Shown piece by piece: positions 47,860 through 58,942 of a stretch of DNA of 64,000 nucleotides (position 1 is the first letter of the stretch; every line of letters starts with the position of its first letter). The notes beneath the pieces are model-generated. The model saw only the letters and a program-made list of their open reading frames with translations, ran no database searches and was not told where the DNA came from. Source of the stretch: Octopus sinensis (lineage: Eukaryota); contig NC_043015.1 of assembly GCF_006345805.1 (NCBI RefSeq), positions 44,764,001 through 44,828,000 on the forward strand, in the 5' to 3' direction. The position numbers and the translations under genes are program-made.

Positions 47860-48650
47860 TTAAACAATGGAATCGACTCTAGTATTTGACTGTTTTTTTG
47901 TTTTCTTTTTTTAATTTTACCGACCCCAAAAAGACCTCAATAATATTTGAACTCAGAATGTAAAGACCCAGAACTGAATAACATGCTAGGTATTTTGTCT
48001 GCCCACCTCCAACGATTCCGCCAATCAACTGTATAATTGTTTTTGAATTTGCTCACTGTCAGCGACTTTGAGGGAGATTAAGTCAATTACATTAACTCCA
48101 GTGCTCAACTGGTACTTATTTTATCGACCCCGGAAGGATAAAAGGCAAAGTCGACCACGATGGAATTTGAACTCAGAGCGTAAAGATCCAGGACTAAATA
48201 CCACAAGGTATTTTGTTAGCCGATTTAGCAATTCCACAAAACTTTTCTACTCTACGCACAAGCCCTGAAATTTTTGGTGAGTTGTGTAGGGAGTGGGGGA
48301 TAGTCGATTAGATCGACCCCAGTGCGAAACTGGTACTTAATTTATCGACCCCGAAAGGATGAAAGGCAAAGTCGACCTCGATGAAGTTTTAACTCAAAAC
48401 ATAAAGATCCAGAACTAAATACCTATTTCTTTACTGCCCACAAGGGGCTAAACACAAAGGGAACAAACAAGAACAGACAAACGGATTAAGTCGATTATAT
48501 CGATCCCAGTGCGTAACTGGTACTTATTTAATCGACCCCGAAAGAATGAAAGGCAAAGTCGACCTCGATGAAATTTGAACTCAAAACATAAAGACCCACG
48601 ACTAAATACCGCAAGGTATTTTGTCAGCCGCTTTAGCGTTTCCACAAATC
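47860..48650 (-). mobile_element. Tandem array of 4 SINE A units sharing private variants
   Basis: AAAGA(C/T)CC(A)..ACTAAATA variant recurs at ~47960, 48180, 48403 and 48590. A1-tail junction at 48421. Confidence 0.8.
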
Positions 48651-49540
48651 TACTGATTTAATAATATAAAATCACCAAAACAAACATTTATATCAAAAAC
48701 AGAAAAAAACATGTTTTCTTTTAAAGATATAACGCAACTATTCTCTAGTTTTTGTTTTTTTTTATCTTTATCTTATCAAAGCGTTCTCATATTTCCTTAT
48801 TAATCGTTTATATTTCGTTTGGAACAATAAAATTCCAAGTTCGATCGACGTCTCCAAACCATCTCGGCCATCTTTTCTACACGAAGTGGTTTTTAATGGT
48901 TTTGGCTATTGCCGTTTTATAACAGCCGAGGATCATGGGAATAACGTTGTGTTAATGATTATGTCGTTATCGCTCGATTTACAGCTTTATTTTGTCTTTT
49001 TTTTTTATTTATGTATTTTTTATTAACATCAGGTTTCTTTCAGCAATCAGGAAATAGTTTGACCATGGTGACTGGTTCCAGTTTCCGCTAACGCTCACTA
49101 TCTAATATTAAGTTTTGCATCGCATCATGGAAGCTATTAATATAGTCTTCCATGTTCGACTGTCTAGCCTATTGCCGGGGCGGTGGGAGAGCGAAGTCTG
49201 CACGAGACAACTCTGTCATCAAACAGCGTTCCACCGCCAAGTTTCGTTCTGTTTTCTACAATGTGTAACGTTGCAATGGCTCCCTGTTGCAAACACTTCA
49301 TTAACCGATAAGGTAGTGTGGTACCTGTACTTCTAATATAACGCTTAACAGTCATGAAACTCGCAACCTTAATGTTTGCGTATGAAGACAGTAAATTTGT
49401 ATTATCCGTCTCATTAGAGAATTTTTAGTTTTTCCATTTATATTACATCCTGCCACTCCCCGCTTCCCTCATTCTGCAACTAATTTTAATGCAGACTAGA
49501 TCCGATCCATGGCGTTATTATTATTATTATTATTATTAGT

Positions 49541-50107
49541 TAGGCGGTGAGCTGGCTGATTTCTTAGCGCTCAGACCAAACACTTAGCGGTATTTCTTTC
49601 CGTTTTACGTTCCGTGTTTAAATTCCGCCGAGGTCGATTTTGCCTTTCATCCTTTCGGGATCGATAAATTAAGTACCAGTTACGCACTGGGGTCGATATA
49701 ATCGACTTAATCCGTTTGTCTGTCCTTGTTTGTCCTCTCTGTGTTTAGCCCCTCGTGGGTAGTAAAGAAACAGGTATTTCGCCAGTCTTTACGTTTTAGG
49801 TTCAAATTCCGCCGAGGTCGACTTTGCCTTTCATCCTTTCGGGGTCGATAAATTAAGTACCAGTTACGCACTGGGGTCGATGTAATCGACTTAATCCTTT
49901 TGTCTTTCTTTGGTTGTACTCTCTGTGTTTAGTAAAGAAATAGCTATTTCTTTCCGTTTTACGTTCCGTGTTTAAATTCCACCGAGGTTGACTTTGCATC
50001 TCATACTTGCGGGGTCGATGAAATAAGTACCAGTGAAGTACTGGGGTCAACGTAATCGACTTACCCGCTCCCACATACTTTCAGGCCTTGTGCTTATAGT
50101 AGAAAGG

Positions 50108-50110
<3 letters not shown>
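49541..50110 (+). mobile_element. SINE A trimer (two A1 tails at the GGTA position)
   Basis: Junctions at 49773-49776 and 49943-49946. Identical private 36-mer at 49591-49626 and 49945-49980. Confidence 0.85.
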
Positions 50111-50150
<40 letters not shown>

Positions 50151-50174
50151 TATTATTATTATTATTATAAGTGA

Positions 50175-50390
50175 AGCATTGAGCTGGCAGAACGCTTAGC
50201 ACTTGGACAAAATAATTGGCAGTACTTCCTTCGGCTTTATGTTTTGTGTTGAAATTCCGCCGAGGTCGACTTTGCCTTCCATCCTTTCGGGATCGATAAA
50301 ATAGGTAGCAGTTGAATACTGGGGTCAATATACTCGACTTGTCCTCTCCTACAAACTTTCAGGCCTTGTGCCAAAATTTGAAACCAGTCG
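50175..50390 (+). mobile_element. SINE A2 following an (ATT)n tract
   Basis: TGAGCTGGCAGAACGCTTAGC...GGCCTTGTGCCAAAATTTGAAACCA. Confidence 0.75.
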
Positions 50391-50399
50391 GGCAATGGG

Positions 50400-51905
50400 A
50401 TCGGTGAATGTTCTGCTTTAGAAATTTATAAAGGATTAGTGGCGATGAAGTGCGATGGTGTTCTCGGGGAGATTCTGGGCGCCGACGAAAATGAACTGGC
50501 TTGTCTGTTCCGGAGGACTTTCCAGTCGAGTACTATCATGGATAATTTCCAGATGTCCTTGGCCTGGCAGTGCTACCGTGGTGGGGGCGCTATCGGTTCA
50601 AGATAAACTGTACAGGCACGGATGTGTTGTCAGATTGGCTTGGTCGACGTGTACGCAGAGTGACGAAATCGTTTTGCAAGCACTCGTTCAGTGTCCGGGC
50701 ATTGCTGACTTGTGGGGTTATGTCGAACAGCTGCTGTTGCGTGTGGGACGGCCTTGTCTGTCGGTCGAGCCCATGGTGGTAATTGTCCTACCACCCTCCT
50801 TTAATCAGACAGGCAAGGCAGTTTTCCTTTGCCTGGTGGCTGAGACGAAAGAGGCTGAAAGGTATGAGGACAGATACTTTCCTCTTTGGTAGAGGTCTCA
50901 TTGACTTTTTCAAGTTTCACTTCCAAAGAAAATTGAGGATGGAGAGGGAAGTACTGTCTTCAAGTAAGGTTATTGATGGTGGAGAGGGAAGTGCTCTTCT
51001 CAAGTAAGGTTATTGATGGTGGAGAAGGAAGTGCTGTCCTCAAGTAAGGTTATTGATGGTGGAGAGGGAAGTGCTGTCCTCAAGTAAGGTTATTGATGGT
51101 GGAGAGGGAAGTGCTGTCCTCAAGTAAAGTTATTGATGGTGGAGAGGGAAGTGCTGTCCTCAAGTAAGGTTATTGATGGTGGAGAGGGAAGTGCTGTCCT
51201 CAAGTAAAGTTATTGATGGTGGAGAGGGAAGTGCTGTCCTCAAGTAAGGTTATTGATGGTGGAGAGGGAAGTGCTGTCCTCAAGTAAGGTTATTGATGGT
51301 AGAGAGGGAAGTGCTGTCCTCAAGTAAGGTTATTGATGGTGGAGAGGGAAGTGCTGTCCTCAAGTAAAGTTATTGATGGTGGAGAGGGAAGTGCTGTCCT
51401 CAAGTAAAGTTATTGATGGTGGAGAGGGAAGTGCTGTTCTCAAGTAAGGTTATTGATGGTGGAGAGGGAAGTGCTGTCCTCAAGTAAGGTTATTGATGGT
51501 AGAGAGGGAAGTGCTGTCCTCAAGTAAGGTTATTGAAAGGTGGGTGAAAGTTGGGAAAATGGCAAGAGTATATGGTACCTAAGTGTAGTCCTGTGAGTTG
51601 GAGAAAGGGAATTGGAAGGGGCACTTGTTCTTGGTTTTCTGGGAGATCTTAGACTGTGGGATTCCTCGATCATCCTTAAAGGTCATCCTGTATCAGGAGG
51701 TCTACATCTCTATCATCACCCCTTTTTTTCTTTTTTAATTTTGTATACCATGTATAATTCCCTTCCTTTTCATTCTATACCGAGTATACTTACCCTTTGT
51801 TTTTGCATTATCCTTTTATGACTTCATTATGTGTAAATCCTTACATTTTGTGTCTGACTTTGTATTGCACCCCCTCTCATCCACTCTGGTGGCAAATAAA
51901 TGAGA
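50400..51905 (+). mobile_element. 5'-truncated Tx1-like (L1 clade) LINE 3' end
   Basis: ORF remnant GALSVQDKLYRHG...CTQSDEIVLQALVQCP (zf-RVT-like), then LIDFFKFHFQRKLRMEREVLSSSKVI, and after the array ERWVKVGKMAR. Pyrimidine-rich 3' UTR, AATAAA at ~51895, then (ATT)n. Confidence 0.75.
50932..51536 (+). repeat. 40-bp minisatellite, 15 copies (GGAGAGGGAAGTGCTGTCCTCAAGTAAGGTTATTGATGGT)
   Basis: CAAGTAA(G/A)GT recurs every 40 bp from 50961 to 51521. Confidence 0.97.
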
Positions 51906-52072
51906 TCATTATTATTATTATTATTGTTTTAGTTTTCAGAATGCTCGGTCTTATATGTTCTGGTAGATCCTGTGAGAGCGGACAGCAGCTTGCTGTCAGA
52001 GGTCTCACATCATCATCATCATCATCATCGCCACCACCATCATCCTCTTTATCATCATCATCATCATCATCA

Positions 52073-52128
<56 letters not shown>

Positions 52129-52151
52129 ATTATTATTATTGCTATTATTCA

Positions 52152-52268
52152 CGGCAGTGAGTTGACAGAAACGTTAGCACATTGGACAAAAATGCTTAGG
52201 GGTATTTCGTCTGCCTTTACGTTCTGAGTTCAAATTTCGGGCCTTGTGCCTAGAGTAGAAAAGATTAT
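52152..52268 (+). mobile_element. Internally deleted SINE A2 between (ATT)n tracts
   Basis: Head GGCAGTGAGTTGACAGAAACGTTAGC joined to tail GGCCTTGTGCCTAGAGTAGAAAAGATT. Confidence 0.7.
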
Positions 52269-52274
52269 TATTAT

Positions 52275-52927
52275 TCAGTAGTCTTATTTTTATCGCGTGC
52301 TTTCACTACACTACAGAGTGCAGCTCTGTGTACCTAGTGTATGTACTGTGGTCTGTTGTGGTGCTCTTATTTTCACTGTATTGAAAGTGTTTCACGTAGG
52401 ATGTGTGCGGTGCCCAGTAGTGCAATGTTCTGTATGTTATATTATACTTGTAAGTCCTGGTATTTTTGTTATGTATTGGTCTGAATGTTTTATCATACCT
52501 AATGCGCTTACTATATTAGGAATTGTTTTTGTTTTTAGGCTCCACATTCGCGTTACCTCTATTTCCAGTTTTTTGTATTTTGAAATTTTATCCGTTTCCT
52601 TTAGAGAAACGTTGTCATTGGTTGGTATTGATACATCGATTAGAAAGTTTTTTTTTCTTGGTGATCCCTATTAGCCTGGATTTTTTCTCTATCTGTGTGT
52701 ATTGGCATATCCCAGTGTATGGTTGTTTTCTCATTTTCTGTGACCTTTTCTGGGATGTGCCTGTACCATCTTTTTTCTGTTGTTATTCCATAGCGTTGAC
52801 ATAACTTCCAGTGTATAAAGGTCCCAACTCTGTCGTGTCTGTGAATATATTCTTTCTTAGCCAGAACAGGGAGCCAGAGACAATATGATTTAATCGTTTC
52901 TTCTCCATCACCACATATTCTCCAGTT
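52275..52927 (-). mobile_element. Dong/R4-like LINE 3' fragment (older copy)
   Basis: Minus frame includes RICGDGEETI...PVLAKKEYIHRHDRVG (zinc knuckle region). Colinear with 53397-53980. Confidence 0.8.
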
Positions 52928-52936
52928 ACTTGTTTA

Positions 52937-53313
52937 TTATTACCTCCGCCTTATCAAAGGTGGAGGTATTGTTTTCAGTCGTGTTTGTTTGTTTGTTTGT
53001 CTGTGGACAAGATATCTCAAGAATCGCTGGGTGGATTCGGATGAAACTTTCAGGGATGTTTGGCCTCGTGACTGGCACGAACTGATTAGATGTTGGGGTC
53101 GATCCGGTACAAGGATCCAGACAAGGATTCTGGATTATTTTTCCTGTTTTTTTACTTAAATTTTGAGAACGGTCCGATTCATTTTTAGTATTCTCGTTTG
53201 TGAGAACAGTCGAGTTTACTTCAGATATTCTCATTTTAAAAATCATCTCTGGCTAATCGTTGAGAGGACGTCGGTGTTGCATTGGCAGAGGTTTGTGCTC
53301 TCTGAGTGCTCTT
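52937..53313 (+). mobile_element. Helentron-associated non-autonomous element (HINE/DINE-1-like)
   Basis: 5' subTIR TTATTACCTCCGCC with nearby inverted GGTGGAGGTA, then (GTTT)n GTCT. 3' subTIR GGCAGAGGT followed by a short GTGCTC-TCT-GAGTGC hairpin. Confidence 0.7.
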
Positions 53314-53314
53314 A

Positions 53315-53374
<60 letters not shown>

Positions 53375-53396
53375 CATTATTATTATTATTATTATT

Positions 53397-53980
53397 CAGT
53401 AGTTTTACTTTTATAGCATGCTTTCACTTCACTACCGAGCGCAGCTCTGTGGGCCTTGGGTATGTGCTGTGGTTTGCTGTGATGCTCTGATGGTTACTGT
53501 ATTGAAAGTGTTTTGCGTAGGATGTGTGCAGTGCCCAGTAGTGCTGTTTTCTGTGTGTTGTATATATTTGTAAGTCCTGGTGTTTTTGTTATGAATGTGT
53601 TTGAATATTTTTTTATCATACCTAATGCGCCTACTGTGATAGGAATTGTTTCTGTTTTTAGATTCCACATTCGAGTTACCTCTATTTCCAGGTCTTTGCA
53701 TTTTGAAAGTTTCTCCATTTCTTTTAGAGAAACGTTGTCATCTGCTGGTATTGATACATCAATTAGAAAACATTTTTTTCTTCATGATCTCTGACAACTA
53801 TATCTGGCCAATTGGCCTTAATTTCTCTATCTGCGTGTATAGGCATATCCCATAGTATGGTTGCTTTCTCGTTTTCTGTGACCTTTTCTGGGGTGTGCCT
53901 ATACCATCTTTTTTCTATTGTTATTCCATAGTGTTGGCATAGCTTCCAGTGTATGTAGGTCCCAACTCTGTCGTGTCTGT
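53397..53980 (-). mobile_element. Dong/R4-like LINE 3' fragment (younger copy) inside (ATT)n
   Basis: ORF 53494-53718 EKLSKCKDLEIEV...VGALGMIKK...TALLGTAHILRKTLSIQ*, with (ATT)n on both sides. Confidence 0.9.
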
Positions 53981-53981
53981 G

Positions 53982-54009
53982 ATTATTATTATTACTATTA
54001 TTATTATTA

Positions 54010-54048
<39 letters not shown>

Positions 54049-54068
54049 CATTATTGTTGTTATTATTA

Positions 54069-54120
<52 letters not shown>

Positions 54121-54122
54121 CG

Positions 54123-54190
<68 letters not shown>

Positions 54191-54215
54191 GTTATTGTTG
54201 TTGTTGTTGTTGTTA
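53982..54215. repeat. (ATT)n tract grading to (GTT)n
   Basis: Direct reading. Confidence 0.95.
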
Positions 54216-54410
54216 AGTCGGTGACCTAGTAAAATCCTTAGCGCTCGGACAAAATGCTTAGCGGCATTTTCCTTAGTTCTTTACATTCGGAGTTAAAATT
54301 CTGCCAAGGTCGGCTTCGCCGTTCATCCTTTCGGAGATCGATAAAATAAGTACCAGATGGGTACTCCGGTCGATATAATCGAATAAATCTTCCCCTTAAA
54401 ATTGCTGGTC
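54215..54410 (+). mobile_element. Old SINE A2
   Basis: TTAGCGCTCGGACAAAATGCTTAGCGGCATT...TTCATCCTTTCGGAGATCGATAAAATAAGTACC. Confidence 0.65.
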
Positions 54411-55140
54411 TCGAGGGAGCAATTACAATGACTGTTCATCTGTTCTATGATCAACATACACTTGATTCATGCAATACGCTCCATGTATGTGTGTGTCACC
54501 TTGGGAAAGCTCCTTCTTTCGTAGCCCCCTCAAGTCGGCTCGATTCTTGAAAGTGAAACTAGGCAAACAGAAATTAGCGTGAAAAAAAAAAAAGAAAGTT
54601 CGTCGGATGAGCTGTGCCAGCTAATTCAAAGGGCGATCTTTTATCAAACATAGTTTCTTGCTGATTCTGCCTGGGGAATATATCAAGAGTGTACTCAGAA
54701 CAATCAACCACCTCCACTGTAATTCAATGACTAAGTATTTCCGTTGATTAAACAACCGGAGCATTGTTTGTCAAAAACCAACGCAAGATCTATCATCGTA
54801 ACACTTCCGGTTGTGGAATGTTTGTTTCTTACCAGGTAACTTCATTTGTCGCCTTCGCTGTGTTGAATTTGTTTTAGCGCTATTCAATAGTTTGGTCAAC
54901 AAAAACTACCCACACATCCGCAGTTGGCCAGGATCCATTCTAGTACATCAATTTCTTTTTCGTGTGGGAGATTTCAAGACTTCCTTCCCACGATTAGGAT
55001 TTCAAACAACCAACGCTCTATATTGAAGAGGATATCTACCATCTCCATAGAACACACATAGACGTCTGTCATTGTGTGTGCTGTTAGCGTACACTGACAT
55101 AACAACGCATGCTTGCTTTCGCCCACATTCATATCTAAAA

Positions 55141-55230
55141 ATGGAGTTGTTGGCAGCGACGGTGGACATTGGAACTCTGTTGCAAACGAAATACGAAAGA
55201 CTAATAAGGAAAGAAAGGGAAATTCTTAAG
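55141..55230 (+). CDS. Speculative first coding exon (MELLAATVDIGTLLQTKYERLIRKEREILK)
   Basis: AAAAATGG start context, 30 open codons, donor-like AAG|GTAAAA at 55231, in non-repetitive sequence. No homolog recognised. Confidence 0.2.
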
Positions 55231-55284
55231 GTAAAAAAATAAAGCTAGCTCAAAGTCGTGTTCTTAACAACAGCAATATTAGTG

Positions 55285-55452
55285 ATAATCATTTCTATTA
55301 TTGGCACAAGGCCTGGAATTTTGTGGGGAGGGGAGGATACACATTTTATCGAGATCGAAAGGATGAAAGGCAAAGTCAACTTCGCTGGAATTTGAATTTA
55401 GAACGTAAAGACTGACGAAATGCCGAGAAGCATTTTGCCTGGCGTGCAAACG
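55285..55452 (-). mobile_element. SINE A2
   Basis: Reverse-complement match to the A head and body. Confidence 0.75.
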
Positions 55453-55477
55453 ATCTCTCCAGCTCGCCGCCGCAAAA

Positions 55478-55539
55478 AATATTATTATTATTATTATTAT
55501 TATCATTATTATTATTATTATTATATTATTATTATTATT

Positions 55540-55586
<47 letters not shown>

Positions 55587-55688
55587 TAGTAATAATAATA
55601 ATAATAATAATATTAATATTAATATTAATAATATAAAATAAAAATAATAATATAATAATAATAATATAATAATAATAATAATAATAAT
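55478..55688. repeat. (ATT)n directly abutting (AAT)n
   Basis: Strand switch at ~55543. Confidence 0.9.
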
Positions 55689-55998
55689 GTAGGTAGGTAG
55701 GTAGGTGTGTGTGTGTGCATGTAAGTAAGCATATATGTATTGGTGTGTCTTTATGACATGAATGTATATGTACAGAAATGTATACGTCGCCCCCGCAACA
55801 CCAGACGATAAATCCGTTATATTTTCTTACAGTATAAAGTGAATAGAAGGCATGTAATTTCGCAATACATCTTAATTTGATGAGACCCAATAAGGATTCA
55901 AATTATGAAAAAGCAATTATCAGGGGCCAAATTTATTCATTATTTTAGCAAACGAATAATATATTCTCATACAACGCCTGTGTATGTAATATTCCTGC

Positions 55999-55999
<1 letters not shown>

Positions 56000-56031
<32 letters not shown>

Positions 56032-56235
56032 TGTATGTATGTATGTATGTATGTATGTATGTATGTATGCATGTATGTATGTATGTATGTATGTATGATG
56101 TATGTATGTATGTACGCATGTGTGTATGTATGTGTACGTATGCATGTATGAGTGTATGTATGTATGTATTATGTATGTATGTATGTATGTATTATGTATG
56201 TATGTATTATGTATGTATGTATTATGTATGTATAT
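56000..56235. repeat. (TATG)n tract
   Basis: Direct reading. Confidence 0.95.
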
Positions 56236-56306
56236 ATATTATATATATACTATACATCTGTTTGTTTTGTACACCACCTGTCTTCGTCTTTTTTTTTTGT
56301 AACTCT

Positions 56307-56349
<43 letters not shown>

Positions 56350-56529
56350 AGGGGGAGTTAGGCATGACTGTACGTATATATAAAGTTATATATGCATATA
56401 TGCATGTATTTATGCATACATTTTTATGTACTGAAGGCAGGAACGCTGACCAACTCTGGCCAAACAATGCAAAAGCAGAACGCCCGGAGGCAATTATGTA
56501 TAATTGCTCCTCCAAGCAGAGACTATCCA

Positions 56530-56790
56530 CTTTAACGTGGTAACAGCATCTGATGTGATCTACGCTGGAAACTTTGTGTGGTCGCTCGACTTCTCGACCT
56601 GTTAAGAACAGCAGGCAAATCTCCCTCAAATCACAATCTATCATTAAGACAAACAAACGAACAAACGAAAGAATGAAATGAAATGAAATGAAATGAAATG
56701 CGTTCCTAAATATCTCTAAAAAGACGGGATGGTCACGGCTGGTTTTCATCTGATCACTTTTCTTCCGATCAAGGTGACCTACAGCTAAGC
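56530..56790 (+). mobile_element. Dispersed repeat family E
   Basis: CGACCTGTTAAGAACAGCAGGCAAATCTCCCTCAAATCAC...GGATGGTCACGGCTGG. Confidence 0.5.
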
Positions 56791-57027
56791 TACAAAAGCA
56801 AGAAGATTAGCAACAAGGACAGTAACAAGAGTAAGGGTTGATTGCTTTGTGATTTACTTGTAATTCTCTTCATGTGAAACAAGCTTATCAAACCGCGCTG
56901 TAAACACGAAGTAAGCACATAGTGTTTCTTTATAAGAAATCAGTTTAGACAAAGATATGTTAGTCTGTCAGATCTATATTCAATAAATATCCATAAATCT
57001 AGTATTAAGAGTACTAATATCAATACA

Positions 57028-57519
57028 GCAGCGTGGACTGTGTGTTTAAGAGGTTCCGGCTGCAAACATGCGATTTCTGGTTCAGTTCCACTGCGCGGCT
57101 ATTTAACAAGTGTCTTCTACAATACCACGGGGCTATCATAGAATACACTTCGAAAAAAAAAAAAAGACGGGCTATCACAATACCTTGTGAGTGAATTTGA
57201 ATTTTGTAGGCAGAAACAGTGTGGAATCCCGCCGTATACACACACACACACCACACACACAGACATATCTTTACTCTTTTACTTGTTTCAGTCATTTGAT
57301 TGTAGCCATGCTGGAGCAACGCCTTTAGTCGAGCAAATCGACCCCAGGACTTATTCTTTGTAAGCCTTGTACTTATTCTATCGGTTCCCTTTTGCCGAAC
57401 CGCTAAGTTACGGGGACGTAAACACACCAGCATCGGTTGTCAAGCGATGTTGGGGGGACAAACACAGACACACAAACGTGCACACACACACACACACACA
57501 TACACACACACACACACAT

Positions 57520-57554
<35 letters not shown>

Positions 57555-57950
57555 CATACATATATACGACGGGCTTCTTTCAGTTTCCGTCTACCAAATC
57601 CACTCACAAGACTTTGGTCGGCCCGAGGCTATAGTAGAAGACACTTGCCCAAGGTGCCACGCAGTGGAACTGAACCCGGAACCATGTGGCTCGTAATCAA
57701 GCTACTTACCACAGACACTCCTACGCCTATATATATACACTTACAGAGGATTTGAAAATGCGTTTGTGTCTATCACACCACGCCGCTTGACAGCCGGTTT
57801 GCTAATCCTCCCACGTAACTTAGAGGTTGGGCAAATTAAAGCCAATAAAATAAGTGCGACGTTTCAAAAATATGCACTGGAGTCAACTAAACCTTGTAAG
57901 GTGATGTCCCAGCATGGTCGCAATCTAATGACTGAAGCATGCAAAAGATG
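57028..57950 (+). mobile_element. Old SINE B (5' half 57028-57240, 3' half 57765-57950) split by a young B
   Basis: The two diverged halves flank 57270-57730. Confidence 0.6.
57270..57730 (-). mobile_element. SINE family B, full length, inserted in the microsatellite of an older B
   Basis: Near-consensus reverse complement. Confidence 0.9.
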
Positions 57951-57961
57951 AAATATATATA

Positions 57962-58007
<46 letters not shown>

Positions 58008-58428
58008 GATGATTCCATTACATATACAACATACATTAATATGATAAATCTTATATAGATATCGAATAGTTAGAATTGTTGGGTAAAACATTTTGAGCTG
58101 ACGGAAACTCGAATTGGACATAAAGAGGGTGCAAGAACCAGCGGTTGATGCTTCAGGACAATTGCCGGCCCTGCTAGAAATAACAGCCAAATCTCCTCTC
58201 AAATCACACCCCCATCTTTTGGGTTTTTTTTCTTTTTTCTAAGGAACACATTTCATACAGTTTGTCTGTATAAAAGACAAGATGGTGACGACAAGAACAC
58301 AAGAACAGCTTTGATCATAATCATAGGCCTTAGATCCGATCGAGTGGGGCTAAACCGGTGCAAAACAACTGTTATAATGTATGTATATGTATGTCTACAC
58401 ACACACACACTTACACAGAGTCATACAG

Positions 58429-58459
<31 letters not shown>

Positions 58460-58619
58460 CACACAGACATACATACACACACATATACATACATAACATT
58501 ACACAACATAGCATACGTGTATATATGTTTATGCATGTTATATAACGTATATCATGTTATATATATTATGTGTATGTATGTGTGTGTGCGTGCGTGTTAT
58601 ATATATGATGTATGTATAT

Positions 58620-58942
58620 AACATACAAATATATGATGTATATATATATATAATATGATATATATTATACACATACATACATATACATACATACATACAT
58701 ACATACACATAATACATACATACACATACACACATATATACATACATACTACATACATACACACACACACACATACATACATACATACATACATACATAC
58801 ACATACATACATACATACATACATACACACATACATACACACACACATACATACATACACACACACATACATACATACACACACATACATACATGCATAC
58901 ATACATACATACATACATACATACATACATACATACATACAT
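58620..58942. repeat. (CATA)n/(CA)n tract
   Basis: Direct reading. Confidence 0.95.

Noticed and set aside
50932-51536. CRISPR-like regular array
   Set aside because: The units are contiguous with no unique spacers, there are no cas genes, and the context is eukaryotic. The unit derives from the flanking Tx1 ORF.
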